Shown: piece by piece, positions 1-10,635 of the stretch
Layout: the number at the start of each line of letters is the position of its first letter
Numbering within the stretch: the stretch's first letter is position 1
Source: a virus
IMG/VR virus record: IMGVR_UViG_3300025890_000019
Reading direction: 5' to 3' (one strand)
Length of the DNA stretch: 64,000 bases
Made by a program: the position numbers and the translations under genes
The notes under the pieces: generated by a model
The model's input: the letters and a program-made list of their open reading frames with translations, nothing else
What the model was told of the DNA's origin: nothing
Databases searched by the model: none

Positions 1-15
1 TATAAAATACAGTTT

Positions 16-35
16 AGGGAGTGGCAACACTCCCT
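16..35 (+). promoter_or_regulatory. GNRA (GCAA)-capped hairpin in the leader of the first gene, just after a late-promoter-like TATAAAATA at 1-9
   Basis: AGGGAGTG-GCAA-CACTCCCT perfect 8-bp stem, 15 nt upstream of ATG at 51. Confidence 0.55.
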
Positions 36-50
36 GAATTATAAAAAACT

Positions 51-1082
51 ATGGCAAAAACAGTTTATTTAGAAACAGGTAATTACAAAATTAAAGTAGC
101 AGATGCCACGAACATAATCGAATTAGATTCGTCGGCAACTTTAGTTAAAGGTAATTTAACAGTACAAGGTACTATGACCACAGTTGAATCAACTGTGACC
201 ACAATCACAGACAATATTATCACACTTAATTCGGGAGAAGCAGGCAGTGGTGTTAATGCAGTCAATAATTATCAAGCAGGTATTGAAGTAGACAGAGGAA
301 CACAAAATGATGTTCATATGGTTTACGATGAATCAATTGCTTGGAACAATCCAAGCACACAAACAATTTCACAAGGTCCAAGTGCAGGCGGACCTCAAGG
401 TCCAGGTTACGGATCTTTCAAAGTTTCTTCATCAGACGGCAATGACATAATGGCATTGAGAGTGTCCAACATCAACAACAACAATGCAATTTATTTTGAG
501 CCAGGCGGAACAGGCACATTGAGATTGGGTTCAAGTATCGCTCCTGCAACATACATCACTAGAATGAATGATGACAATGATATTCCAAATAAAAAATATG
601 TTGATGACGAAATCAACGCAGTTGTGATTGGCGCGGCATTTCCTAGAATTGTAGACGGTGACACAGAAGTTAAAATCACAGACAACAGTTCATCAGGCAA
701 CACATCAAAAATTGAAATCAAAATTGATAACAATTTATTAGGATTATGGGAACCAACTAGATTAGAATTGTATCAACAAACCACAGATATTGGTAGCATA
801 AGAATCGAAGGTGACACCATCAGCAGTCTTAATTCAAATGAAGATTTAGAGCTGGTTGCACCGGGAACGGGGTCAGTAAGGGCAAATGATTCATTTGTGA
901 TTGGCAACAGACCAAGTGTGCAAGATTCAGCAATAGACCCGTTGTATGACGCCAATGGCGTTAAATTGTATGCAAAAACACCATCTGGTGGAGATACAGG
1001 ATTATATTTTGTAAATACTAATGACACAAGAGGAGAAGTGATCAGCAAGAACAGAGCACTACTTTTTGGATTAATTTTTTAA
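51..1082 (+). CDS. Virion structural protein (tail/baseplate appendage)
   Basis: 343 aa, Thr/Asn/Gly-rich beta-type sequence (DNIITLNSGE..GIEVDRG); hydrophobic C-terminus ALLFGLIF; heads the fibre cluster. Confidence 0.65.
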   Translation: MAKTVYLETGNYKIKVADATNIIELDSSATLVKGNLTVQGTMTTVESTVTTITDNIITLNSGEAGSGVNAVNNYQAGIEVDRGTQNDVHMVYDESIAWNNPSTQTISQGPSAGGPQGPGYGSFKVSSSDGNDIMALRVSNINNNNAIYFEPGGTGTLRLGSSIAPATYITRMNDDNDIPNKKYVDDEINAVVIGAAFPRIVDGDTEVKITDNSSSGNTSKIEIKIDNNLLGLWEPTRLELYQQTTDIGSIRIEGDTISSLNSNEDLELVAPGTGSVRANDSFVIGNRPSVQDSAIDPLYDANGVKLYAKTPSGGDTGLYFVNTNDTRGEVISKNRALLFGLIF

Positions 1083-1092
1083 AGGAGAAACA

Positions 1093-1419
1093 ATGGCAAT
1101 AACAAACGCAAACGTAAATGGAACACAAGATGTTCTCACAGTACCTGCAGGTAAAAGTTATGCTGTTACATCTATATTGATCACAAATGTTGGTCCAGAA
1201 GATGCTACAGGAGGTGAAGACAGTAACTTTACTCTGTATGCTGTAACTGGAGCCTACGTTGCAAACCAATCAATGATAGTGAACAACGCATTACTACCAG
1301 GAGCAGAAACATTCACACTAGATTCAGAAAAAATAGTGTTGGGTGCTGGTGACGTTATTAAAGTTGCTCAATCAGGTGCTAACAACTTATCAGTTGTGGT
1401 CAGTTACTTGGAGGTGTAA
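1093..1419 (+). CDS. Small ~108-aa virion protein (paralog set with 10302 and 23384)
   Basis: RBS AAGGAG; pattern TVPAG..YAVTSILITN...ETF.LDSEKIVL..GD.I....S....SVVVSYLEV similar to the other two small genes. Confidence 0.7.
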   Translation: MAITNANVNGTQDVLTVPAGKSYAVTSILITNVGPEDATGGEDSNFTLYAVTGAYVANQSMIVNNALLPGAETFTLDSEKIVLGAGDVIKVAQSGANNLSVVVSYLEV

Positions 1420-2216
1420 TGAGATATCTAAAACGTCAATCCACTAATAAAAGATTATTAAACGGTAAAGGTTTAATATACACTCAGTACGAAACAATTG
1501 AAGCATCTTCAACAGGTGCATTTTTAGTTCCTAAAGGAACTCAAGCAGAACGTCCTGTTGCACCAATTGAAGGACAATTAAGATTCAACACAACATTGAG
1601 ACAACTTGAAGTTTATGAATCATTAGGCGGCGGTGCTCCAGTATGGAAACAGTTTAGATTATCTGAGCCACAAAATATTGTGATACAAAATTTAAGTAAT
1701 GGTGATGACACAGAAGTTAATTTTGGATTGCTTGACGATGGATTTGGATCAGGATTAGGATATCCACAAGCACCAGAAAATATTTTAGTGATGGTGGAAA
1801 ATGTTTTACAGATTCCAAACACCAACTACACATTGACACAAAATCCATGTGATGTGAACAGCAACATCATAAGTGCAGTGAGAGATTACAATTCAACAGG
1901 TGTTGGTGCTTTTGTAAGTGCTAATGCGGCATTGATTGATTGGCAATCAAAAGGTTATCATATTGGACAAGAAATTGTTGTTACAGGTTCACAAACCAAC
2001 AACGGAACATACACAGTAACAGCAGTAACACCAAGTCATTTAAGTGTTGATCAATTGTTGTTTACAGAAGCCAATTCAGTTGGTGGAAACACATTCAATG
2101 TGGATGGAAAAAGTTCAATCACAAACGCATCGTATCCATCAGGTCAGTACATAACATTTGGAACAGCAGTTCCTACAGGAAAACCAGTCACTGTTTTACA
2201 CAACTTTGACAAATAA
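1419..2216 (+). CDS. Virion structural protein
   Basis: 265 aa; TAATG coupling; VPKGTQAERP..PIEGQLRFNT..QLEVY motif typical of phage fibre proteins and also found at the C-termini of the next two genes. Confidence 0.65.
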   Translation: MRYLKRQSTNKRLLNGKGLIYTQYETIEASSTGAFLVPKGTQAERPVAPIEGQLRFNTTLRQLEVYESLGGGAPVWKQFRLSEPQNIVIQNLSNGDDTEVNFGLLDDGFGSGLGYPQAPENILVMVENVLQIPNTNYTLTQNPCDVNSNIISAVRDYNSTGVGAFVSANAALIDWQSKGYHIGQEIVVTGSQTNNGTYTVTAVTPSHLSVDQLLFTEANSVGGNTFNVDGKSSITNASYPSGQYITFGTAVPTGKPVTVLHNFDK

Positions 2217-2257
2217 TTCCTTTACCAAAAATCAATAAATACTAAAAAAGGAGTCAC

Positions 2258-5200
2258 ATGGCAGTAACCAATGTAGGTAGAATATCGGGACCATTATTGA
2301 AGGCAAATCTTACGAGAACATCAGATTTGGCTTTTGAAACCAATCTATTGTACATTGACGTTATCAACAACAGAATAGGTGTCAAAAATGATGCTCCTAC
2401 AAGAGAATTTCTAGTATCCGGTGATGCAATTTACAGAGGCAATTTAATTGCCACAAACTCAGCCTCAATTGGAAACATCAACATAGACGGACCAACAGAC
2501 ACATTTTCCACATTGACTGGTCCAATCAATATGGTTGCGACAACAAATTTCCAAATGACGGAATTGCGTACAGGAAATTTAGCATTCACCAACAGTGGAA
2601 TTAGAGCATACAATGGTGGAGATATCAGAATCGAACCAGGTCCTGGTGCAGGCGGTGGAGTAGCAGATGCAGAATATAACAATGGCACAATCATTAATGT
2701 CACAGGTGATGGTAGCGATTTCTTTAAACGCGAAGTTACTGTTAATGGTGTAAGAGTTATGGGTGCTGGCACAGTAGGTGGACAAACAGCAGTTCCAGAT
2801 GCGTGGTTAGAAAAAGTAGCACGTATGTTTGAATTGTTTACAGACTCAACTGGTGCAGGCATTAACCAATCATATCAAAGAGCGTTAATTAAAACATTAA
2901 GTGGTGACACAGGAACTTATCACGCAGGCCAGCCAACTATACAAAGAGTAGCCAGAGGTGCAGGAGCAGATTATACTCCAAACTTCTTAACTGACGCAGG
3001 TGTTATTAGTTGGAACCTAACCAACTTGTTTGATACTCACGTACAAAATGATATGGTGTGGTATTTAAACTCAACTGGTGACGGCTATGGCGACGGTGAT
3101 ATAGACGCACAAGAAGTTATTGAACACGTATTCCACACACTACACATGCATGGTTTACCTGCAGATGATATAAAACTATATCAGTTCTTAGCCGCTGATT
3201 GGCAGACAGGTGATTTGTATGCCGCAATGGAAGAAGCATACGATGCCGGCAAGTGGGATCCATCAGGTTATCAAGTAAATCCAGATGATTGGAAAACAGA
3301 TGCAGATGCATTTGAAGTAGCCGCAAAAGAATATTTGTTCCTACTAAACTTTGCTATGTTTGAATACACAGAATTATGGGACGGTGGAAGTCTTGCTCCG
3401 GAATGGACAGACGATATGCGTACACAAGCAGGCATTCAAACAAACAATCCGTTAGGTTATGCATTTCATAACACATACATTGCTCCGGTTATTAGTAAAC
3501 CGTCACTTGCAACAATTAGAAGCATATTCCAAGATGGTAACACACCAGCACAAGACGATCCAAGTCTAGCAGGTGCATCGGGATATGTTCCAACTTCTGT
3601 TGGTGGAGCAACAACAGGTAAAGTAATAATTCCATCGGACCTAAACACCACAGGAAATATTCATGCCACAGGAGATATTTCTTTTGATGGAAATATTTTT
3701 ATAGGCGGTGATGGTCCAGAAGATACTTTAAGTTTCAATGGTGACATAGAATCTGATTTGATTCCAGATGTTACTAGCACATATGACATAGGTTCCGACG
3801 GTCAACGTTGGGGAGATATGCACGTACAAACCATGACAGGTTTGAATGATATCACAATCGATAACACAATTTCTTTATCAGGTGTTGCTGTTAACTTGGG
3901 TATTGCAAACAAATGGTATGTGAGTACAAATGGTACAGATCAACTGGCAGGTAATCACCCTAACTTTGCGTTTGGAACAATACGTCATGCATTGTCATAC
4001 ATTGAAGAAAGCACAGCAGGTCCACATGAACTACACATTTTACCTGGCACATACACAGAACAATTTCCATTAGAAGTACCAGCAAATGTCACAGTTAAAG
4101 GTGCAGGCATCAGATCAGTTACAATCAAACCAGATGTGCCTAATAGATATCAAGATGCATTTTTAATGAATGATGCATCAGTTGTAACGGATTTAACTGT
4201 TAAAGATTTCCATTACGATGCAAACACTGATCGTGGTTACGGTTTTAGATTTTCAGACAATGCCGGCATTGTAACAAAATCACCATACGTACAAAATGTT
4301 TCAGTGGTAACACAAGGAGACACACGAACAGCAACTGACCCAAGAGGATTTGATTCAGGAGATGCAGGTAGAGGCGCATTGGTAGATAGCGATGTTTTAG
4401 ATACAGCGTCACCAAGAACATCAATGTTATTCAATATGGTTACATTTATTACTCCGGGTGCAGATGCAGTAACAGTTAAAAACGGATCAAAAATAGAGTT
4501 TATCAATTGCTTTACTTACTTTGCAAATAGAGGTTTGTATCTACAACACACATTAAATCAATACACTCCAACAGCGGGAAGTTATAATCCTGCAACTGGT
4601 GTAATGACTTTAACTATCGGCAACCACGCAATAAGAGTTAACGAAACAATTACTATTGCAGACAACAGTTTAACTTTCACGTGTGCTATGGATGGTCATG
4701 CAACAGATCACACTTACCCAAGACCATCAGATCCTTATTCAGGTAAAAAAATTACAATCACAGAAACAACTGCTACATCTATTACTTGTAACGTTGGTAT
4801 ATCAAGCAACGTAACAGCACATCTATTTAAAAGTGCAACTGCAAATGCTGTAACAGAAGGCACAATGACCGAAGCAAGAGTAATTGCAAGTGCAACAATC
4901 TATGGTAATCAGGGTGTTGTAGCAGATGGTAATGGAAGTTTAGCATATCTGATCAGTCATAACTTTGCTTATGTTGGTTCAGGAAAAAATGTAGAAAATG
5001 ATGTAGACACTATTGATCAAACAAATGAAGTTGTAACAACAAATAATGCAAGAGTTCATTTTGTAAGTCAAGACCAAGGCGGAGATTTTAGAGTTGGCGA
5101 TAATTTTATTGTAGATTTAGGAAAAGGTACAACTTCAATAGCAGTGAATGATGGAGAATTAGGTGCGTCAACATTGACAGTTGGTGTACAAGGTAAAGAA

Positions 5201-6388
5201 ACTCTTGTTGATGCTACAAAAATAGATGTACCAAATTTTAGAATTTCTAACAACACAATTCAAACATTAAACAACAGTTTCTCGATAGGTGCTGTTGGAT
5301 CATCCAATGCTGTAAATTTAACTGCAAATGTTTTAATGCCTAAAGTTGATATCACAGGAAATGCCACAATAGGTGGATCAGGATTAAATTTTGGAAATGA
5401 TGCTGGAGACACTGTAAATTTTGCAATGGATTTTGAACAAGATTTACTACCAAGTCAAGATACTCAAAGCAATATAGGTAGTGCAACAAAAAATTGGAAA
5501 GAAACAAATTCATCAAGAATAACTTTAGACAATATTGATATTCACAATAATACTATTCAAACCACAGACACAAATTCACAATTAGAATTGAGAGCAAGTG
5601 GTATAGGTAAAGTTAATTTAGGCACTGTTGGATTCAAAACAAATATAACATCTGCATCAGGAGATGTTGCATTTAGTGGAGGAACAACCAACACAATAAT
5701 TAACTCCACAAGTCATCTATCTCTACCATCAGGAACCTCAGCACAAAATCCTAATCAAGGAAATGCTGTAAGGTTTGATTCAAGTATAAATGAATTTGAA
5801 TTATTTTCAACAGGTAAAATAGCACTGAATGGAATAAAAGATGGTGACCGAGACACTAATATTGATTTAAGCAGTAACAAATTTACTTTTTACACAGCCA
5901 ATGGATATGCTGGTGAAATAGACGGTGCAGGTAACTTAATTGTGCCTAGTTTTGCTAGTCAAGATCAGGTTGCTATTAATGGCAACACAATAGGTGTGGG
6001 CAGTGCCTCAAATCCACAAGCAGGTTTCACAGCAAACGGAACTGGTAAAGTGGTGCTAGACACTGCTAATCTTGAAATTTCTGGGGCAACTATTGAGAAC
6101 AAATTAGTCAACCAAGATATCACATTCACAGGAACAGGGTTAAAACAAAATAGAACAATATCATTTGATTCAACCAACGGATATATAGGACCATTTGGAA
6201 CAACTGTACAACGTGATGCCATAACTGCTAGACTAGGAGCAATATGGTGGAACTCAGACAGTGGTCTTTTAGAAGTGTATGCTGGAGCAGTGGATGGTTG
6301 GGTTTCTTCAATTGGTGTGCAATCTGTCACAGTTACAGACGAAATTGCGGCTGAACTCAATGTGGTTTACAACCTCATATTAAACTAG
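2258..6388 (+). CDS. Large tail fibre/spike-like protein with beta-helix (pectin-lyase-like) region and an inserted metallopeptidase-like domain
   Basis: 1376 aa; WYVSTNGTD..G.....F.TIRHAL....GPHELHILPGTYTE beta-helix entry motif; paralog of 6563-10294; ~320-aa insert with EVIEHVFHTLH. Confidence 0.75.
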   Translation: MAVTNVGRISGPLLKANLTRTSDLAFETNLLYIDVINNRIGVKNDAPTREFLVSGDAIYRGNLIATNSASIGNINIDGPTDTFSTLTGPINMVATTNFQMTELRTGNLAFTNSGIRAYNGGDIRIEPGPGAGGGVADAEYNNGTIINVTGDGSDFFKREVTVNGVRVMGAGTVGGQTAVPDAWLEKVARMFELFTDSTGAGINQSYQRALIKTLSGDTGTYHAGQPTIQRVARGAGADYTPNFLTDAGVISWNLTNLFDTHVQNDMVWYLNSTGDGYGDGDIDAQEVIEHVFHTLHMHGLPADDIKLYQFLAADWQTGDLYAAMEEAYDAGKWDPSGYQVNPDDWKTDADAFEVAAKEYLFLLNFAMFEYTELWDGGSLAPEWTDDMRTQAGIQTNNPLGYAFHNTYIAPVISKPSLATIRSIFQDGNTPAQDDPSLAGASGYVPTSVGGATTGKVIIPSDLNTTGNIHATGDISFDGNIFIGGDGPEDTLSFNGDIESDLIPDVTSTYDIGSDGQRWGDMHVQTMTGLNDITIDNTISLSGVAVNLGIANKWYVSTNGTDQLAGNHPNFAFGTIRHALSYIEESTAGPHELHILPGTYTEQFPLEVPANVTVKGAGIRSVTIKPDVPNRYQDAFLMNDASVVTDLTVKDFHYDANTDRGYGFRFSDNAGIVTKSPYVQNVSVVTQGDTRTATDPRGFDSGDAGRGALVDSDVLDTASPRTSMLFNMVTFITPGADAVTVKNGSKIEFINCFTYFANRGLYLQHTLNQYTPTAGSYNPATGVMTLTIGNHAIRVNETITIADNSLTFTCAMDGHATDHTYPRPSDPYSGKKITITETTATSITCNVGISSNVTAHLFKSATANAVTEGTMTEARVIASATIYGNQGVVADGNGSLAYLISHNFAYVGSGKNVENDVDTIDQTNEVVTTNNARVHFVSQDQGGDFRVGDNFIVDLGKGTTSIAVNDGELGASTLTVGVQGKETLVDATKIDVPNFRISNNTIQTLNNSFSIGAVGSSNAVNLTANVLMPKVDITGNATIGGSGLNFGNDAGDTVNFAMDFEQDLLPSQDTQSNIGSATKNWKETNSSRITLDNIDIHNNTIQTTDTNSQLELRASGIGKVNLGTVGFKTNITSASGDVAFSGGTTNTIINSTSHLSLPSGTSAQNPNQGNAVRFDSSINEFELFSTGKIALNGIKDGDRDTNIDLSSNKFTFYTANGYAGEIDGAGNLIVPSFASQDQVAINGNTIGVGSASNPQAGFTANGTGKVVLDTANLEISGATIENKLVNQDITFTGTGLKQNRTISFDSTNGYIGPFGTTVQRDAITARLGAIWWNSDSGLLEVYAGAVDGWVSSIGVQSVTVTDEIAAELNVVYNLILN

Positions 6389-6426
6389 TATAAATTAACC
6401 TTGTACAATATAATACCAAAAGACCG

Positions 6427-6562
6427 ATAAATAATACTAATGCAGAATCTGACCAGATTCAGCAGGACAAACCGTGGTCAACCGACGAAGAACTTATGAA
6501 TAATGTAAGGTGAAAATCAGGTTGGTGGGACAAGATCCCCGTGCTATAAAGGAGCAAAAACA
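6427..6562 (+). ncRNA. Candidate structured 5' leader / cis-regulatory RNA after a late promoter; also contains a 19-codon uORF (6440-6499)
   Basis: ATAAATA at 6427-6433; GC-richer spacer with stems GAATCT/AGATTC (6445-6460), CAACC/GGTTG (6479-6483/6520-6524), GGGA/TCCC (6527-6539); RBS AAAGGAG before 6563. Confidence 0.4.
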
Positions 6563-9500
6563 ATGGCTGTAGGTCGAATATCAGGTCAGCTCTTGAAGTC
6601 CAATCTTCTGCGTAATGGAGCAGATTTGGCTTTTGAGACTAACTTGTTATACATTGATGTTAATAACAACAGGATTGGTGTTAAGACCAGCACTCCTCAA
6701 TATCCGCTAGATATAAACGGAACAGCACGTACAACAAATGCAGAAGTTACTGGACAAGTAGACGTAGGCAATATCACAGTAACTGGCAACACAATTTCAA
6801 CCACATCATCACAATTAAATTTTTCAGCCGTAGACGGCATTGTGTACAACAATGAAATTCATGTAGATGATCTTGTGATCACTAACAACACTATCAGAGC
6901 AACTGATACCAACCAAAACTTTGAGATTATAACCAGCGGAACAGGTGTTGTAGATATTATAGGTAACACAGAAGTACAAGGAAATATTCACGCAACAGGA
7001 AACATTAGAGCAGATGGTAACATCACTATTGGTGATAATGACACAGATTCAATCACAATCAATGCTGACATCACATCAAACATAATACCTGATGCCAGTG
7101 ACACATACAATTTAGGAACTGCGGCAAAACGTTGGAATGAAGCATATGCCAACAATTTAACAGTGGACAACCTGGCACTATCAGGAAACATCACTGTACA
7201 AGGACTAAACTTAACAGCACGTCCAGGTAAAGTAATATACGTAGCAACCAACGGTGATGACTCTAAATCAGGAACTCACCAAAATGATCCATATGCTACA
7301 ATTGAACAAGCATTATCAGTGGCTATTGCTGGAGATCATGTTTACATTTATCCAGGCACATACACAGAAGATTTTCCTTTAACAATTCCAACTGGAGTTA
7401 GTATAAGAGGTGATGGTATTAGAGCAGTAAAGGTACAACCAAGTGTTCTTACAAACAGCAATGACGCTTTTATATTGAACGGTGAAACCACTGTTGAAGA
7501 TATGACAATCACTGGATTCTATTACAATGCTGTTGCCAACACAGGACACGCATTTAGATTTAATCCAACAGGTGCAGATGATTCAACTGGATTTCAAGTT
7601 ACATCAAGATCACCTTACATAAGAAACGTAACTGTCATTACACAAGGAACAGTGACAACAGCACAAGATCCTAGAGGATTTGGATCTGCTGATGCTGGAA
7701 AAGGTGCATTGTTAGATGGTTCAGTGGCAACTCCTGCATCCAATGAAGCAAGTTGTTTGTTTCAAAATGCAACATTTATTACTCCAGGTGTTGATGCAGT
7801 CACACTTACAAATGGTGTAAGAATAGAATGGTTAAACTCATTTACATATTTTGCGGCAAGAAGTATCTATGCTGTTGACGGCACAACTGGTTTGGCTGAA
7901 GATGGTAAAACACAATTAAAAGTTTCAGGTTTATTGGGTACGGCAATCCAAGCAGGACACGTTGTATCATACTACGACACAGACAATGTAACTCTATTGG
8001 CATCAGGCACAGTTGAATCTGTAGATGGAGATAAAATTATAATTGATGGGAAATCAACAGGATTTGCAATGCCACCAGAAACAACAGGCAAACAAATCAC
8101 TGCCAACGGTGATGCAAAATTATCAACATCATTGAAAAAATTTGGACAATCCAGTTTACTCTTAGATGGTGTTGGAGACAGTGCATCTATTTCAACAACA
8201 GCAGACTTTGGATTTGGCACTGGAGATTTTACAATAGAATTTTGGGCATACCCAACACAATTACAATCAACGACATTATTTGATTTTAGAAACAACGCAT
8301 CAATAGAATATTCTTTAATGCTGTACATGACAAACAATGGTCCTAAACTTTATGTTAACGGAGCAAATGTAATCATTGGTAGTCAAGGATTTAACTTGAA
8401 TGCTTGGACTCACTTCTCGTTGGTAAGAAGCAGTAACACTGTAACGATGTATGTTGCAGGACAAAATGTTGGATCGGCAACAGTTGCAAATGATTTAGGT
8501 GCGGCAAAACCATTGGTGATGGGTAACAACTATGATGCCAATAATGGATTTATTGGAAACATGGACGACTTTATAATTTATAAAGGTTCAGCAATACGTT
8601 CAGGAAACTTTACTCCACCAACAACAGAAGCAATTGGAAATCCAAACACAGTATTAGTAGGCAGATTTAATGGACCAAATTTATCAACTTCATTTTTAGA
8701 TACTAACATACCAATTCAAGACATTAGAACATCAGCAGGAGCAACAGCAACAAACTTTACTCTAGTTGATTACACAGACTTTGGAGCAGAAGTAAGATCA
8801 ATTGCATCTGCATCTATCTACGGAACATTTGGTGCTGTGGGTGACGGTGTTGGTGTAAAAATGTATTTGATTTCACACAACTTTGCTTACATTGGAAACG
8901 ATTACGAAGTCGATAACGATGCAACAACAGTGGTTCAAGCCAACGAAGTTGTTACAAATAATAATGCAAAAATTTATTATTCATCAGTTGACCATAAAGG
9001 TGATTTTAGAGTTGGTGATCAATTTTATGTTAATCAAGAAACAGGACAAGTTGCGTTTACATCAGCGTCACTTAATATAGATGTTGATCAAGCATTAACA
9101 TTTACATCAGGACCTAACGTTACAGTTATATCAGGAGATAAAATTGAAACAGGAAATGTTCAAATATCTGGAAATAATATTACAACAACATCAGGAGATT
9201 TGAACATTGATTCATTTAATAATCAAATTAATTTTGTTGACGATGTAAACATTACTGGAAATTTAGATATTACAGGAGATATCACAATAGGTGGAAATGT
9301 TACAATAGGTGACGAAACAACAGATTCAATTAATATTACAGCAGGTATTGGTTCTGATATTATTCCTGCACTAGACAATACTTACAATGTCGGTTCATCT
9401 ACAAAAAGATGGAACACAATATTTGCCAATGAAGCACAGATAGACAGTGTAAACATTAAAGGAAATTTAATTCAAAGTAATAATACAAATGCTGATTTAG

Positions 9501-10294
9501 ATTTAAGATCAAATGGAACTGGTGGAGTAAGAGTTGAAAATTTCACAGTGTCAGGAGATACAATAACAAACGATTCAGGAGACTTCACAATTAATCCTGC
9601 TTCAGGTGTGTTCAGAGTTGACGGTACTGGATCTGTTAGAATTCCAACAGGTACAACTGCTCAGAGACCAGGTTCTGCATCAGCAGGTATGATGAGATAC
9701 AACACTGATGATTCAGTGTTTGAAGGATACAACGGAACAAATTGGTTGGCATTGTCTGGTGTGTATGATTTAGACAAAGACACCTACATCACTGCTGAAG
9801 CCACACCTGGTGCAGATGATGACACAATTAGATTTTATGCTGGCAATACTTTGGTAGCAAATGTAAATGCAACAAGGTTTGATGTCACATCTTTACAGGT
9901 GGATGACATTACAATCAGTGGAAATACAGTCACAACCACAGGAACTGACCAAGATTTGATCCTGAATGCTCAAGGAAACGGTAGTATCAGAATTGAAGAC
10001 TTCAAGTTTGAAGGAAATGCGATAACTAATATTATATCTAGTCCGTTTGTATTAAAAACAACTGGAACGGGATATATTGATGTGTCAGATTCTGGTGGGT
10101 TTGTACTTCCGGTTGGAACAACAGCAAACAGACCGATTACGCCTATATTAGGTATGATACGTTACAACACCGCAGATCAACGTGTTGAACTGTATGATGG
10201 TAATGCTTGGGGTTCAATCGCAGGTTCATCAGGTGCTGTAAGTATTATTGACGCAACAGAAATAGCAGTGGAATACGCACTGGCATTAGGATAG
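6563..10294 (+). CDS. Large tail fibre/spike-like protein with beta-helix region and LamG/concanavalin-A-like domain
   Basis: 1243 aa; YVATNGDD..SG..QNDPYATIEQAL...AGDHVYIYPGTY; KFGQSSLLLDG...FGTGDFTIEFW LamG-like segment (~8080-8705); ends YALALG. Confidence 0.75.
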   Translation: MAVGRISGQLLKSNLLRNGADLAFETNLLYIDVNNNRIGVKTSTPQYPLDINGTARTTNAEVTGQVDVGNITVTGNTISTTSSQLNFSAVDGIVYNNEIHVDDLVITNNTIRATDTNQNFEIITSGTGVVDIIGNTEVQGNIHATGNIRADGNITIGDNDTDSITINADITSNIIPDASDTYNLGTAAKRWNEAYANNLTVDNLALSGNITVQGLNLTARPGKVIYVATNGDDSKSGTHQNDPYATIEQALSVAIAGDHVYIYPGTYTEDFPLTIPTGVSIRGDGIRAVKVQPSVLTNSNDAFILNGETTVEDMTITGFYYNAVANTGHAFRFNPTGADDSTGFQVTSRSPYIRNVTVITQGTVTTAQDPRGFGSADAGKGALLDGSVATPASNEASCLFQNATFITPGVDAVTLTNGVRIEWLNSFTYFAARSIYAVDGTTGLAEDGKTQLKVSGLLGTAIQAGHVVSYYDTDNVTLLASGTVESVDGDKIIIDGKSTGFAMPPETTGKQITANGDAKLSTSLKKFGQSSLLLDGVGDSASISTTADFGFGTGDFTIEFWAYPTQLQSTTLFDFRNNASIEYSLMLYMTNNGPKLYVNGANVIIGSQGFNLNAWTHFSLVRSSNTVTMYVAGQNVGSATVANDLGAAKPLVMGNNYDANNGFIGNMDDFIIYKGSAIRSGNFTPPTTEAIGNPNTVLVGRFNGPNLSTSFLDTNIPIQDIRTSAGATATNFTLVDYTDFGAEVRSIASASIYGTFGAVGDGVGVKMYLISHNFAYIGNDYEVDNDATTVVQANEVVTNNNAKIYYSSVDHKGDFRVGDQFYVNQETGQVAFTSASLNIDVDQALTFTSGPNVTVISGDKIETGNVQISGNNITTTSGDLNIDSFNNQINFVDDVNITGNLDITGDITIGGNVTIGDETTDSINITAGIGSDIIPALDNTYNVGSSTKRWNTIFANEAQIDSVNIKGNLIQSNNTNADLDLRSNGTGGVRVENFTVSGDTITNDSGDFTINPASGVFRVDGTGSVRIPTGTTAQRPGSASAGMMRYNTDDSVFEGYNGTNWLALSGVYDLDKDTYITAEATPGADDDTIRFYAGNTLVANVNATRFDVTSLQVDDITISGNTVTTTGTDQDLILNAQGNGSIRIEDFKFEGNAITNIISSPFVLKTTGTGYIDVSDSGGFVLPVGTTANRPITPILGMIRYNTADQRVELYDGNAWGSIAGSSGAVSIIDATEIAVEYALALG

Positions 10295-10301
10295 GAAAAA
10301 T

Positions 10302-10634
10302 ATGGCAACAAATTTTAGAAACTCTGTAACAAAAAGTGTAGGAACTGTAACAACGGCTGTGTACGAAGCGGCACCAGGATCATACACAACAATCATTGGA
10401 ATGGTTTTAGCAAACTTGACAGAATCAGTTGTAGAAGCCAGTGTAACATTGACAGCAACTCCAGATTCAGTTACAGGATTTATTGTAAAAGATGTTTTAA
10501 TTGCACCAAACTCTAGTTTACGTGTGTTGAACTCAGGAGAAAAATTAATTGTGGCAAGTCAAAACAGTTTAAATGTAAAATCAAACATCAACGACTCATT
10601 AGATTGTGTGTTGAGTTACGTGGAGATAACATAA
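10302..10634 (+). CDS. Small ~110-aa virion protein
   Basis: MATNF...TTAVYEA..GSYTTIIGMVLAN...EKLIV..SYVEIT; paralog of 1093 and 23384. Confidence 0.7.
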   Translation: MATNFRNSVTKSVGTVTTAVYEAAPGSYTTIIGMVLANLTESVVEASVTLTATPDSVTGFIVKDVLIAPNSSLRVLNSGEKLIVASQNSLNVKSNINDSLDCVLSYVEIT

Positions 10635-10635
10635 G

